A DNA stretch of 64,000 nt from Lepidodermella squamata (lineage: Eukaryota; Animalia; Gastrotricha). Positions 12,598 through 25,211 of the stretch are shown here, piece by piece. Under the pieces are notes generated by a model. It was given only the letters and a program-made list of their open reading frames with translations, searched no databases and was not told the DNA's origin. Within the stretch, counting starts at the first letter, position 1. The number at the start of each line of letters is the position of its first letter. A program made the translations under genes and the position numbers. Location: positions 2,232,001-2,296,000 of the forward strand of contig JBLDXI010000020.1 of the NCBI GenBank assembly GCA_047495785.1, read 5' to 3'.

Positions 12598-12987
12598 GTT
12601 TTATTGCGCGCGCGCGAAAAAAAATATCGAAATGCGCGCAGTTGTAATTAAAATTTCCGACGATTGCGCCGGAATAATTAGTTGACGCTAACATTGTTTG
12701 TCAGGCGCAGTATGTCGCCGAGTTGTTTATTTGCGGTATTTATTAGTTGGCGGAATTTACTTGAGTAAACATGCAAATATTTCAACACATTTCAAGGACT
12801 CTTTGCGTGACAATCGATTTCGATGAGAATTCATAATTTTACAAACGAATAGCCTTCAGATTGATAGCAACGATGACTTATACTTTGGTCTTAGTTCGGA
12901 CGAAAACGTGTGGTTTGGCTTCTTTATTCAAGGTGAATGAATTATGAATTTAAACCCGATTGAAAATATAAAAATGGGCTGGTGCAC

Positions 12988-13357
12988 GCACCGCTTGTCC
13001 CACAAGTAACGCAAGCAAAGAAAATACACGGAAAAGGGTTCAGAAAGTCTAAAATGAGATGCAACCTTTTACCACGTAGCCAGAAATTTTTTAGAAAAAC
13101 TCAAAAAATCCCGAGAACAGTAATCAAGAATGTCACTTGTTTTAATGTGATGAAAAAAGTCCGAAGAAATTTCTGGTCCAACCGGGTAAAATACCGAAAA
13201 TTACCGAACGAGATACCATCGGGGTTTTCCGGGTTAATTTTTCATTTCTTCGGTTAATTCGCTGATAAAAGATGGAATATTCTTAATAAAATTAGTTGAA
13301 TTTCCTACTAATAGTTGCAAAATTGAAAAAAGTTGCGCAACTTCTGGGACACGCTGT
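12988..13357. mobile_element. Tc1/mariner-like MITE (degenerate TIRs)
   Basis: Ends caccgcttgtcccacaagt and aacttctgggacacgctgtg are inverted. Related ends occur at 7066, 7310 and 53310. Confidence 0.65.
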
Positions 13358-13495
13358 GTTCTTGGGAATTTGGCTATTTTCAGAAAAAGTAACTGGGGTA
13401 CTGTAATTTCAGAATGTTCAGTGTTAATAATAGGGCCAAGTTCGCATAAGGGTGATATATAACTTATTTATAAATTAATTGGGGCGAACCCGCTA

Positions 13496-13845
13496 GAAGT
13501 TGGCGGTCCACTTTTCTTTTTTTATTAGCGGCCACCCCTTAACTTGATCCGATATACATTGCCAATGAGTATTTTGATGAGCTCACTTGGCAGTTTCATT
13601 TTTTTCATGACTCGAGGCCATATCTGTCAATCGAAGGCCGCTAACTTCTAAAAATACCCTACAAATAGAAGATGGCGGCCCACTTGTCAGGGGCCCACCT
13701 TGCCAATACACTCATCGATTTGCGATGACGTGACCATCCCAAATCTACTTTTATTTTGTAATTAAGACCTTGGTAACTGGTTGTATACGTTAGTAAAGTT
13801 GAAAGCAAACACGCATTCATTGCACAAAAACAAATGGAATTGTTT
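13496..13845. repeat. Left arm of a long inverted repeat (partner at 19328-19537)
   Basis: gaagttggcggtccacttttctttttttattagcggccaccccttaacttgatccgatatacattgccaat and acactcatcgatttgcgatgacgtgacc...gttagtaaagttgaaag are the reverse complement of 19328-19537. This arm has an extra ~135 bp between two ttgccaat copies (13559-13566, 13700-13707). Confidence 0.85.
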
Positions 13846-13861
13846 ATTGGCTGAGGAGTGG

Positions 13862-14180
13862 CAGAGTTGTCCACGGGCCGGGTTTAGCACGGGCCGGGCT
13901 GACTTCTAAGAGCCGTCGCCAGTGGTGCGGAACCTATAGGTAACTAGATGCCACTGCTACACGTCCGTTTTCATCACATCAAATGGCAGTATTCAATGAT
14001 ATAACAATCTAACTTTTATTGCTTAGTGTTTGGCGCTTTTTCCAGTACCAATTTAGTTGAAAAATTCAACTTCTCACAGGTTAAAATACAGCTAATTGTG
14101 ACTACGGGCCGGGTCGGGTTTTCACATTCGTTCTTACGGGCCGGGCCGGGTTCCGAAAATTCGGCCCGTGGACAACTCTG
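13862..14180. mobile_element. hAT-family MITE (319 bp)
   Basis: 19-bp TIRs cagagttgtccacgggccg / cggcccgtggacaactctg. Perfect 8-bp TSD aggagtgg (13854-13861, 14181-14188). Subterminal cgggccggg repeats. Confidence 0.92.
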
Positions 14181-14492
14181 AGGAGTGGTATTTCTGGTTT
14201 AAGCATCAATTCGATGTACCCGTTTGCGGTTTGAATACGTGGTTCGGCCATAAATTTGAAGGCCAACCAAGCTCCCGATTGATTCAGTGGTTTTCCATAT
14301 ACAAAAGTGTTTATTCTGTTGTCTGTTGTTAATGCTTCATTATAGACAAAGTTTCTGTTAGACCACGATCATAGTATTCATATGCTATCTGCCAAATTTA
14401 TGAAATTACGAATCAGAAATAAATAATACTAAAGTTATCCAAATGATCAAGAAAAAACGCATCCGTTACTACTGTGTAATAGAGTATTTGCA

Positions 14493-15773
14493 CTATTCAA
14501 AAATCGCCGGCAAAACTCCAACTTTGAAGTGAGGTGAGCGTTGTAATCGGTTACGTTCTTGATCTTCGAACGATAAGTCAAAATTGTAGCTTGTCCTCTT
14601 CTTGCCAGGTTGATATGGAACAGTATTTTTTGGCAAACCCAGTTGTTCACATATCGTATTGCAACGATGCCCTTTCATCACCATTTCCATACCTGCGATG
14701 CCCAGATCCGCTTCACAACGTCGATATAACTGTTCAACCGAGTGAACCATTGGATCGGTTAGTAAATACTTGTCCTTGGTTTTCACACCTGAATGCGACA
14801 AATAATAGGCAATGAAACTACTAATCTACTATCCATGAGACGTATTATAGGACGCCGCGGCTTGCTGAGAATCAGAAAAAGAGTGATATTTTTAATGAGG
14901 TCCAATGAATCATCTCAAACCTCTTTTTTTGCTTAAGATCAACGAGATCAGCACATCTTAACACAGCATCTCGCCGATCTTTTGCTGTAAATTAATTCTC
15001 AGCAGTTTTTAATTATTGACATTTAAAAAATTAAAATTTTGTTAATTTCGAAATTACTGGACTAAAAATTAAATCATATGCACGGGATAATTATGCACAA
15101 CGGGTGGCAACCGAGGGGTCATGTAATGGGAGCTTCGAAGCCGCGTACGTCCCATGCCCTGATCTACTAACTAACAAATTATTTTATTGTTGCACCTACC
15201 CTGAAGATCGCAAATCATAAAAGTGTGTTGGCTTTCTTCGAACGTCCAATGGGTAAATGCTGGCATTAACTTTGAAACATCTTCCGAAACTTCATAACCT
15301 CCATTGCTGTTGAACTTTTGATATTCACCTTCCAGAAACGGCTCTACTGCAACGTATTCTCCGATCTTAACATAGGTATCATCGCCACCAAATGTCCATA
15401 GAAAGTAAAATCCACCAACCCACTTCTCCATTTTACAAATGTATGGGTTAACCACTTCAATAGAACGCTTTGGTTCACTCCTCAACTTAGGCAAAGCAGT
15501 TTCATTGAAATGCTTAGCAAACTTTTCGGCTTTTTCCGTTACTTTCAAGTCTGGAATCCAGGCGTCGAAAACTTTTGGAGAATTCCTCTTGAAAGCCTTC
15601 ACAACACAGGGATGTCCATTGCGCCTCCCGCCACGACTTTTGAAAGTTCCTTTGAATGCATAGCGGAATGTTCCTTGGGCGAACACATTATTGTCGAAAG
15701 TGGCATAATAGCTGTCTCCATTGCTATCTTTATTTTGTGAATACAAAGTTTCGTGAGAGTATGTTCCACCCAT
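14493..15773 (-). CDS. Stand-alone alpha-kinase (eEF2K/MHCK/TRPM7-type atypical kinase), 2 exons
   Basis: Motifs FAQGTFRYAFKG, CVVKAFK, VAVEPFLEGEYQKFNSNGG and AFTHWTFEES..FMICDLQG. After the intron come VKTKDKYLLTDPMVHS, DLGIAGM and the zinc motif HRCNTIC. Intron ~15200-14788. Confidence 0.92.
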
Positions 15774-16118
15774 AATTAAAACACTGTATGAAGTACGAAA
15801 TTCTATTACCTCAATGCAAATTAAAACAAAATAAATACGTTAACTTGCTTGTTTCTTATCAATTTGCAAAGTTGCTTCTCAAGTAACTTATCTTTTACTC
15901 AACTACCCGAATTGTTTTACTTTTGCATGAGTTGTTATTTACACCGATAAGCGAACACAAGAGAAAAGTGTAGGCATGCTTATACGATATTATATTGGCA
16001 TATTTCTGATCTTATTTTACTACCATCGCCTGTTACGCGGCGCTCTGGGCGCGATTACACAGCCTCATAGACTTATAAATTTATGATGCAATCAACAATG
16101 TAAAAAGGCGATATAAAA

Positions 16119-17400
16119 TTAACGGTAGAAAAGATAATATGCCGTTTCTCTAAAAAGAGTGCTGGTTATAAAACGACTTGTAGCAAGTCCCGTGGGTCGT
16201 GTGTCGTGTGAGAGGCTCAGCTGGCTAGGTTTTGAAACTTCGCGTAAATGCCAAGCTGGGCACTTATCGGCAAGTACATTGCGAGCGTCTTCTGACGTTG
16301 GGCGAATACCGCAGACGTAGTTGACGTAGTCCGCCATATCGAGACCTGCTGCTAAGCAGCGTTCGCCATAGCGTTTGAAGGCATCAAGGAAGACATGCTC
16401 AATGGAGTCTACTCCGGCGTAAGCGATTACGTCAATTACTTCCGTTTCGAAGGGCAGATCAAACAAGGCTCGAAGGCAGTGGGCTTGGATTTCCAACAGT
16501 TTTCCAACCGAGGTGGGCGCAAGGCAACGAAGGGCAGGGGCTCCATAGGCAACCAAGGACTCCAGGACTGTTTTATAAAAGAGCACACAAAGGTTTTTAG
16601 GCAAAACGTGCCGCTTGGCCAGGGCGTAGAGGGCGCCAAGGCGAGGCTTCAGTTTTGAGGCAATTATTTCAAGATGGTAATTCCAACTTAGCTGAGGTGT
16701 GAGGTAGATCCCGAGGTAGCGTGCGCGGTTGACCTGAGGCAGGGGCTGGCCATATAGCTCAAAGCGTACTTCAGGAGGCGAGTTGCCATATCTACCGAAG
16801 ACGATCACTTCACACTTTCCCGCGCTTAAGCGAAGCCGCCATTTGTTGCACCACACTTCGATTGAGCGTATAGGCGCTTTCTTAGCCTCGCGACGCTGGC
16901 TGCAATCGAGTAGCCAAAGGCCCAGCTTAGGGAGTCGTCAGCAAATGTGCCTTTTGCGACAGATCTGGTGGCGTCTTGCGGCGAGGAACCTTTTGGCTGA
17001 ATGTCCATGGCATAAAAGATAAAAAGTAGAGGTGATAAAGGCGACCCCTGCGGTAAGCCGCAAAAAATATCTCTGCTTGCACTTAGACTGCTGCCAACCA
17101 TTACTTGAAACGAGCGTTCTCTTAAGAAGTCCGAAATCCATCTTACGAATGGAATCGGCAAACCTGATTGTTTTAGTTTTAGCCGCAAGCCGTTATGCCA
17201 TATAACATCAAACGCAGCCTTGAAATTCAAGAGAATAGCGACCAGCTTTCTTTGTCGTTTTGATATGGCTAGACCGATGTCGCTGATGAACCGGAACACA
17301 GGGTCGATGGTTGACCTAAGAGACCAACCATACTGGTGGGATGGAAGCAATTTGTTTATTTCGAGAAAACGATAGAGAAATTTCGCTACGATTACTTTGA
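16119..17400 (-). mobile_element. Degenerate non-LTR retrotransposon (LINE) ORF2 reverse transcriptase, frameshifted
   Basis: Motifs LPSHQYGW..RSTID, LLNFKAAFDVIWHNGL, GLPQGSPLSPLLFIFY and FADDS. After a frameshift (~16860) come WCNKWRLRLSAGKCEVIVF and ARYLGIYLTPQLSWNYHL. GC-richer sequence up to ~19280 may be further remnant. Confidence 0.9.
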
Positions 17401-19327
17401 GACATTGTCATGACCAGGGGCCTTCCATTTCAGCTACCTGAGCATTTGCCTTACCGCCCATTTCGGGACCTGTAGACTGATTTCGGGGCACGTCGGGAAA
17501 GGTTTCATCGTTTCATCACTGGCCATTGCATTGTGAATGAAATTTGATGATACATTTGGAAATTATTTTGGAATATATTATGAAAGAATTTCTTTTTTAA
17601 ATGATGTAAGAATTTATTAAAATGAGGAGCTCCACCACCAAATTTAGCTGATTTGCGCGCTTCACTCTGCCTCTTATCTTTTCGATTTCACGCGTTAAAG
17701 TTTGAGCTTCAGTTTTCCGACTACCAGGTAATGATCGCCTCGGAAAACTCGAGCATCTTACAGTAATCGTCGCCTTCTGCCGTTGACGATGATGCGGTCA
17801 ATCTGTCCAGCAGGAAACTGGGGTTGCTGGGGTGTCGCGACACCCCAGCTCCGGGGCTCCAACCAGAGGAAGGCTGAAAAAACCACGGGGGGGACCCTTT
17901 GGTTTCTTCGGCTGGGTTTAGCAAACAAGTAAAAAACACCTCAGCTCCCCGATCCTACTTCGCACACTGCTGCCTAGCCAGGCGACCCCCAGGTGCCCTT
18001 GTGGATGCCTTTGTGACAGATGGCTAAAAGACCCGACTTTATTAATTTGGGCCTGAAGTATCCAATATCGCGCCACATTTACCGTGGATTTTGCCCAGCC
18101 ATCACGAATATCACGAATCACGCGGACGCTGGTGTCAGGGAAACATCAAGACTTGGCCAGGCACTACTCTATACTACTTTATTGAGAATGAATCGAACAT
18201 TGATCGTTGGATTTCACGGCCTTAAATATTAGCGATACAAATCTTATAGTCGATCACGCGGTCACTTCCTAATTAGCTATCACATGAGAATCACAATATT
18301 GTTCTTAGTCATTGCGTAGATGCCGGCCGCCACCGGCACATCGTTACAGCTGGATGTACAAGCTTAGGCCTCGCCTTTATCGCTAATACCAATCGTAGTG
18401 ATCACTGGGACCAACGACAGTTTCAATTTCCGCCTTTTCGATGTGATCCAAGCGTTTGCCTGAAGCGGGTCGAGTACAGGTCGAGTAGGTCGAGTGTAAT
18501 GATGTTGGAGTAGATTAGTTGCAGACCAAAGTCATCTTAGGCCAGATTTGCCGAGTCAAAGTCCAACTACTGTTGCTTGGATGGGCGATATCATCACAGC
18601 AGCAGGCGATTCAGCAGCAGGCACTTGTTTAGCATGGTTAACGTCTTTCAAGCCATCAGAAACCTCCGGGTTTAACAAATTTCAGTTGAAATCTCCTGAG
18701 ATCATATAGTACTGGTCTTGCGTTGACATTCAATCTGTTAGAAAATGTTCCACGCAAAACAGATTGCGCACCCACTCGCCGGATCTAGTACGAAGAACGA
18801 GCTTCACTGTCCCAGAGTGATCAAAACGCTCCAAAACAGCATCAGTTCATCCCGATGTATAAGTGGAACAGCATGTACGAGCATAAACTCGGAACCTTTC
18901 GGGCCAAACCAACCAAGCAGCAGGCGAGGTGCACATTCGAACCTACAAGCGCGGCTTAGTCGGCACGAGAGTAGGTCGCCTAACTTTATTGGCTGTCTTG
19001 CGTGATATTAACGTATCTGTGAAAAAGAGTCTGGAAAGACTGGGCAAATGGACGAAAGTGGAAAATAAGGCTATCAAGGCAATAAAAAAAGTCGTCAAGT
19101 CCTCAAAAGTGCGTCGAAAGTCCTCAAGAAAGCAAAGCAGTTTCAAATCGACAGTGGAAGGTAAGTTGCGAGATTCAAGGGTGGCAAATCGCTTCGTCCA
19201 CTGCATATCACCCGAAGCTTAGTAAAGCTTCTTATGAGAGCCGAAGCGAATTCGAGCGCGTTGAGAGAGAATCGAGAGCTATACATTTCTTAATGGCCGG
19301 AAACATTATGACAGCCAGCGCAAACTT

Positions 19328-19537
19328 TGAACAATTTCTTTTGTTTTTGTGCAAATAATACGTGTTTTCTTTCAACTTTACTAACGTATACAACCAGTTA
19401 CCAAGGTCTTAATTACAAAATAAAAGTAGATTTGTGATGGTCACGTCATCGCAAATCGATGAGTGTATTGGCAATGTATATCGGATCAAGTTAAGGGGTG
19501 GCCGCGGATAAAAAAAGAAAAGTTAACCGCCAACTTC
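19328..19537. repeat. Right arm of the long inverted repeat (partner at 13496-13845)
   Basis: ttcaactttactaacgtatacaaccagttaccaaggtcttaattac...aaggggtggccgc...ccgccaacttc is the reverse complement of the left arm. Confidence 0.85.
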
Positions 19538-19976
19538 AGCCAGATGCGAAAATTTTAAATAAAAACCTTGGGATTCCAAAAACTTGAATATTGACTAGCA
19601 CCTCGACAAATTCTTTTAATTTTGACGCTGCCCGAAGCCCGAAGGCACCTTTTCTTCTCCAAAATTTGCTTTCAGAGGAAATATGAACCAGTTAAAATGG
19701 TTTTGAACATACCTGCTTAACCATATTTGATGCGCTCTTTCTTTTTCGCTTCTTATTGGCACAACACCCCGCCGCAGAAAAATGTTGGAAATTTGGGACG
19801 ATGGAACCCATTTGCGAAGACTGACCACTGACCCGTCCATGTTTCAGTTCGAAACCGAAAATTGCCGACATTAACAATTCAAAATAAGACCACATTACAG
19901 TAACCAAATGTTCACATTTATTTACATATAGCTGAAAATTCGAAAATTGAGGTAGTGCTTATAGTTTTATTTGCTG

Positions 19977-22790
19977 TTATTTTTTAGCATTTTGCGTTGA
20001 AACTGGTCCATCGAAAGTAGGCGTCAAATCCGGTTGCATGTTGCGAGGACCAAACGTCAGGAAAATCGTGACCATAATCTAAAATATTCGAAAATTTCAA
20101 ATAAGAAATTGTGAAATTTCTCACAATTTTCCTACCGTGATTAACATGTACAAAATGAATAGGATCCTATCGACGATGAGCGCCAAGTGTTGCCATTCAA
20201 TTAGAATCTAATTAAAATTTAAAAAATGTTCATTAATTCGAAAAAAATTAATTTTGCTTACTCTCTCCGTTTGTTGTTCTCTAGCGTGAATTTTTGCGAT
20301 TTTCTCCAATGATTTAACCACTTTAGCCAACTCCTGCTGGTGTCTCAACTCGGCCAGATCTGGCTCTTCGCCAATAAGACTCGCATTCCGCTTGCTATTA
20401 ATTATCGCACGCTCCAACTCGCCGATAATGAACGGATCATCAGCACTGCCGCTGTGATCGCTGCTACTCGACGGCGACCATGAATCATCGTAATGGTTCT
20501 GCATTGAAGATGAGGAAGAAGTCGTGGATGCGGATGAAGTTAACGACGGGGTTCCACTGTTACGATGGATTTCGATGTTGTGCTGGTTCCTCAGACCCCT
20601 CGGATGTTTTTCACTCTTCGAACCTGCTCGACCTCGAAGAAACGCTTCGGTTGCCGCAGCCGCTTTCCTACGATAGAAAATATATATTAAAAATTTAGAA
20701 AATTAAAAAAAATTAAATTTTAAAAATTAAAAATTAATTTAATTTAAATTAATTAAAAATTAAAATTGAAAATACAGCCAATTTTTTAATTTTTTTAGAT
20801 ATCAGTTTTTAACATCAATAAAAACGGTTTTGTGGCGAAAATAGTTACTTACCATTTTTGTTCAGTTTTCAACAAATTCGAAACTGATAGCGGGTTATCG
20901 TCATCGTTGAGATTCAAAATGCTCTGCGATTTCTTTAAAATGGAATAATTTATCAACATTAATTAAAAAATCTCGCCGATTTTCTCAATTACCTCTCTTT
21001 TCTTGAGTTTAGGCCCAGGTTGCGCGCTAGGCCTTACCATTAACGCTCCCTTCAACGTCTCGGCCATTTTGAGCAGTGAAATCGGCGCCGAGAACGTTTT
21101 CGGCTCTCGAACACAAATGGCATGGCCGATTTTGTAGAAGAATATCTCCTTAAGTCGCGGCGGTATCGGCTTTAACTTTGTCAGTGATCGATAGTGGATC
21201 GATAGAATGATGACGGTGTTTAAAATTGACAATGAAGTCGAAGACAATACGCCGGCTAAGTACAAATTGATTAGCGGCATGTACTCGCTGGTTTCGGGTA
21301 ACTTTTGCACGACCGATAGCGTGAATACAGAATAAGATAGGAGAGTTGTTATGCCAAGGTTAACTTTTTGATGCGAATCGGACGGCAGCAAAAATACCAA
21401 AACTACAAAATAAAAAATAACCCACCTTAAAAATAATTTTTAGAAAATAAAAAATTACCTGTCATAGCCGTCATTGTCGAGGAAGGAATAAATACGTTCA
21501 TTATGTAACTGAAATTATTCAGAAAATTAAAACAAAATTAAAGAAAATTCGAGAAAATTACTAAAGAGATTTCCGACGAAGGTGAATAAAAAAGGTCACA
21601 TCGCTGTATCTAAAAGAAATTTAGAAAAAATAAAAAAAAATTCTGAAATTAAGGATTTTCCGTACGGTTCAACACAGCAGGAATAGAAGACAAGGTTCCT
21701 ATGTTGATAAGCTCCGATAACGTCCCATTCTCCGTTTTGAATGTAGTTGGACATATCGACGCCTTCGGTTCGATTTGTAATGTCGACTTTCCACCCGTTG
21801 TAGGTCCAACTACCGTATTTCAGCCGGCAAAGTTGCTCATCAAATGGGAAGTAGGTGACATCAATTTGACACTTTCGAATAAAAGAATTGCCAAGTAAAT
21901 AGGGAGTTATTTTTTTGGAAAAATGAACTCACAGAGCTGAAAATTTTAGTTGGCAGGGGCAGGAAAATATTGCCGTCAAAAGCAACCATAGCTCGACCGA
22001 TGACTTTGTTAACTTTGTACTCATCCGCGCTGCAAGATTAAAAAAATGAAAAATATCGTAAAATTAACGAGCCAATTCCTTACTTGTTGTAGAGCACAAT
22101 ATCAGGCTGCCATATAAGGTTCGACGGTATCCGAACGACCTCTAAATTGCCGTATTCCTTAGGATCCCAGCTAAATGAAAAAATCAAAGTTACCAACTTC
22201 GTTTTTCAGTAACAAAGGTGCATACCGAATAAGCTCGTCGTTCCATTCCTTTTAAAATTTTCAAAATTTAATAAAAAAATCAAAATTAAAATCTTATCGT
22301 CTAACCTGATCTATCCAGCAGTTGGCGACTAGAACTTGGCTGTAACAATTAAAACGTTAAAATGAGGTATGTATTTACCTTCTAAATTTTCTATTACTTT
22401 TTCTCATCCAAGTCGAAAATCTGAATCAAGTTGAGGCCGATATGAACAACAATAGGACTATCGGTGTGACGAACTGGTCTCAAGTCTCGGCTGTATGATG
22501 AGAACAACTTCGTAATAAGCCGCTGCTCGTCTGGAATCCTTATTGAAGTTCCTTTTAAATTCCCAAAATTGATAGTAATAATCAGAATAGGTAAAAAATT
22601 TACGATTGTATAATGCTAAAGCCGAGTCGTAATCCATATAAGGCGGGGGAGGTGGCGATGGGCGGCTAGTGACCGGTAAAATGCTGTTCGGCGTCCCAGG
22701 CAAAAACGCATAATCACTTTCATAACCATCCGCGATAATTAGGCAAGGTAGCAAGGTAAGATGAAAGATGAATGCTACTAATGACCTCAT
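19977..22790 (-). CDS. Nicotinic acetylcholine receptor alpha-type subunit (nAChR-4) with atypical M2 rings
   Basis: Signal peptide MRSLVAFIFHLTLLPCLIIA, Pro-rich extension, then PDEQRLITKLFSSYSRDLRPV. Contains CQIDVTYFPFDEQLC, GSWTY, YSCCVEPY and PSDSHQKVNLGITTLLSYSVFTLSVVQ. Long intracellular loop, TAA at 19979-19977. Confidence 0.93.
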
Positions 22791-23320
22791 TTTAGCTACC
22801 TAAAAATTTGAAAAAAAAATATTTTTCATTTTTGCACCTAATAAATAAGTGGCCGAACAAAAGGCGGGCATGAAAATTCTATTAGCCGATCATCATCATA
22901 AGTCGAGGATGAATAGGCGATGAAAAAGGCGAACATGAGCGATGAAAAATTGTGGTAAATTATAGCGGATAAAATCGGCGCGCCTTGGGAGATGCGCGCG
23001 CTCTCGCAACATTTTGACTTTTATATAATATGTACATTTTCTTGAGCGAGCGCGCACATTGCGCCTAATCAAGAAATAATAGACGCGCAAATGTTATTAT
23101 TACGCGCAATAATAGCAATATCGATAATGATAATGAAATGCTATATATTTAGATGCGCATATTAGCGAAAAAAAAACCTAACATCATATTTCCAGCATTT
23201 CACGCGGAATGAATTAAGTTATATAGTAGACAAAATGACAACTCGTTTGTAATTTTTCGAAAAATATTGCTTTATTACTATATAGTCGTCAGGCGTGAAA
23301 AAATTTGCATATAAAATATT

Positions 23321-23734
23321 TCACATAATTTTTGTTACATTAGCATGATGCCCATTGGCTAGTAGATCATAGGATAATCGGTTCTTTCCTTTGCTGATAC
23401 CGCCGATGATGTAAAACGTGTCGCCTTTGTAAACGATTCGCATCTCGATGCCTGTGTCATTTTTCGCCAAAACTTTGCCCTCGACTCGCATCGAATTAAT
23501 CGAGACTTCAAGCGTGTCGCGGTTGAATTGAATTATCACCTGGCCATTCAAAGGGCTCTTGTATTGCCACGCCTTAACGGGTGATATAGTAATATTTTTG
23601 TTCGGCTCGCTAAAATAAATAAAATGCTGTGACCTATTGAGGCAATTAATAGTTTAATTTGCTTACCTTTTCGTGCGACGCACAGAATTGTGTTCCGACT
23701 TAATATTATCAGCGTCACTGCCTTCAGTCGCCAT
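23321..23734 (-). CDS. Small FAIM C-terminal-domain-like protein, paralog A (2 exons)
   Basis: Spliced product MATEGSDADNIKSEHNSVRRTKSEPNKNITISPVKAWQYKSPLNGQVIIQFNRDTLEVSINSMRVEGKVLAKNDTGIEMRIVYKGDTFYIIGGISKGKNRLSYDLLANGHHANVTKIM. By eye it follows the FAIM1 CTD pattern (W..RVVLEKDTMDVWCNG..GTETHF..YI..HTLIVDN). Confidence 0.7.
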
Positions 23735-25211
23735 TGTAAAATTGGAACGAAATACCAACGTCGCTAGACACCAGGGTCGGTTCGACAATAAGGTGGCAAA
23801 TACATTTACCATAAAAGTAATTTGGCGATTTTATCGAGCGCAAGGCAAGCGTGTTCGATAGACATCGTCAAGTTGCGTCCAAGTTTCGGGCTGTTAAATT
23901 ATTCAACAGCCATCGGTCTTATTATATACGAGCCACGCCGCCTCTTTAGCTTATAGTCTAACACCTTTTCGAGAAAATTGAATTGTTCTTATAATATAAA
24001 ATTCATAATGTAATGAAGGTGGTGTCGACAATATTTCATGCTTAAGCATGGCATGGCAGTCCAATTACGCAGATTTCCAACAATTATCCATTTCTTAATT
24101 AACCAGGCCTCAAAAATATAGCATACATAATTATAAATTCGAATTCTAGGATATTTTGATAAAAAGGAAGAAAACTAGTTTTGATATAGGTAATTTCGGA
24201 AATTCCAATCCTTGTACCACTCTGATGCAAGATGCAAGAGTTCCCAAAACTATGTTTTAAATTTGATGGACCCGCCGATTTAATCGGACCTAATCCAACT
24301 GTTAAGTACTTGCAGTGAAAGCCGTCTGCACATTTTTTGTTTTAGTTGCTGTTATGGCTGCCTGCCGTTACTACCAGGTAATGAAATCGGGTCCGCGATT
24401 CACGCCGAAAATTTTATAGATGTCACTTCCAGGAGAGGAGGAATGAACTAGACATTTTGAGTGGACCTAATTTGGGATGCAGCATAGACATGATATCAAT
24501 ATAAATTGGGCGGGAAATTTGCAGATGGTCTGCTCAGTATGGGATATAGTTAGGAGGTATTTCGGACGCCAACCGGACCTGCGAACTGTTAAACTCCAAA
24601 TAATGTCTATCTATCGCTTTTAGAACTGATGTCTCGAAACCGAATAATGGTAAATGTAGGTTTTATTCTTATTCCTATCGCTAATTACAAATTACAATAA
24701 AAAATATGAGTCAGCCTCCCGACTTGCGTCGCTACGGCTCAGGATCAACTAGTTAAACATAGGTACATTTTCAGTGTCTTATTTGTGCAGGTTAGAACGT
24801 CGAATTTCCCAGCAAGACGGGGAAAGGGCCGGCGCCGAAGTCGCCACATCGGGTGCCGCAACCAGCACGGTTTCGCGGATAGCGAGCATTTCAACGTTTA
24901 GGCCAATAATTTCGACCACCTTGCCGGCAAACGCCGGCCATGCAGGTGCTTTGGTGCAACATTCAACATGCAGAGTGCGTGAAAAGGCCTCGGAACAGGA
25001 CAGTTCGACTGGATTGCCGAATTGATTTTCCGGATCCGTGCTGGCAGCGGTCCCACGACGGCAACAACTGGACACCATAGCCGATCCCCGCAGCTCAGAT
25101 TGACGTGCTAGCCTGCCTAAATTTACAAAAACAAAGGGAATTAAATCATTGCTTTTCGAATTGATGCTATTATTGTGCAGTGTAACATGATAAAGTAGGT
25201 ATTAAGCAGGA

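Noticed and set aside
17700-19280. Independent protein-coding genes upstream of the LINE RT
   Set aside because: Only short, stop-interrupted ORFs without motifs; more likely a decayed 5' part of the retroelement.
24779-25078. Cys/His-containing ORF resembling a PHD-like finger
   Set aside because: Ligand spacing is incomplete and it lies next to a LINE remnant, so it is probably decayed TE sequence.
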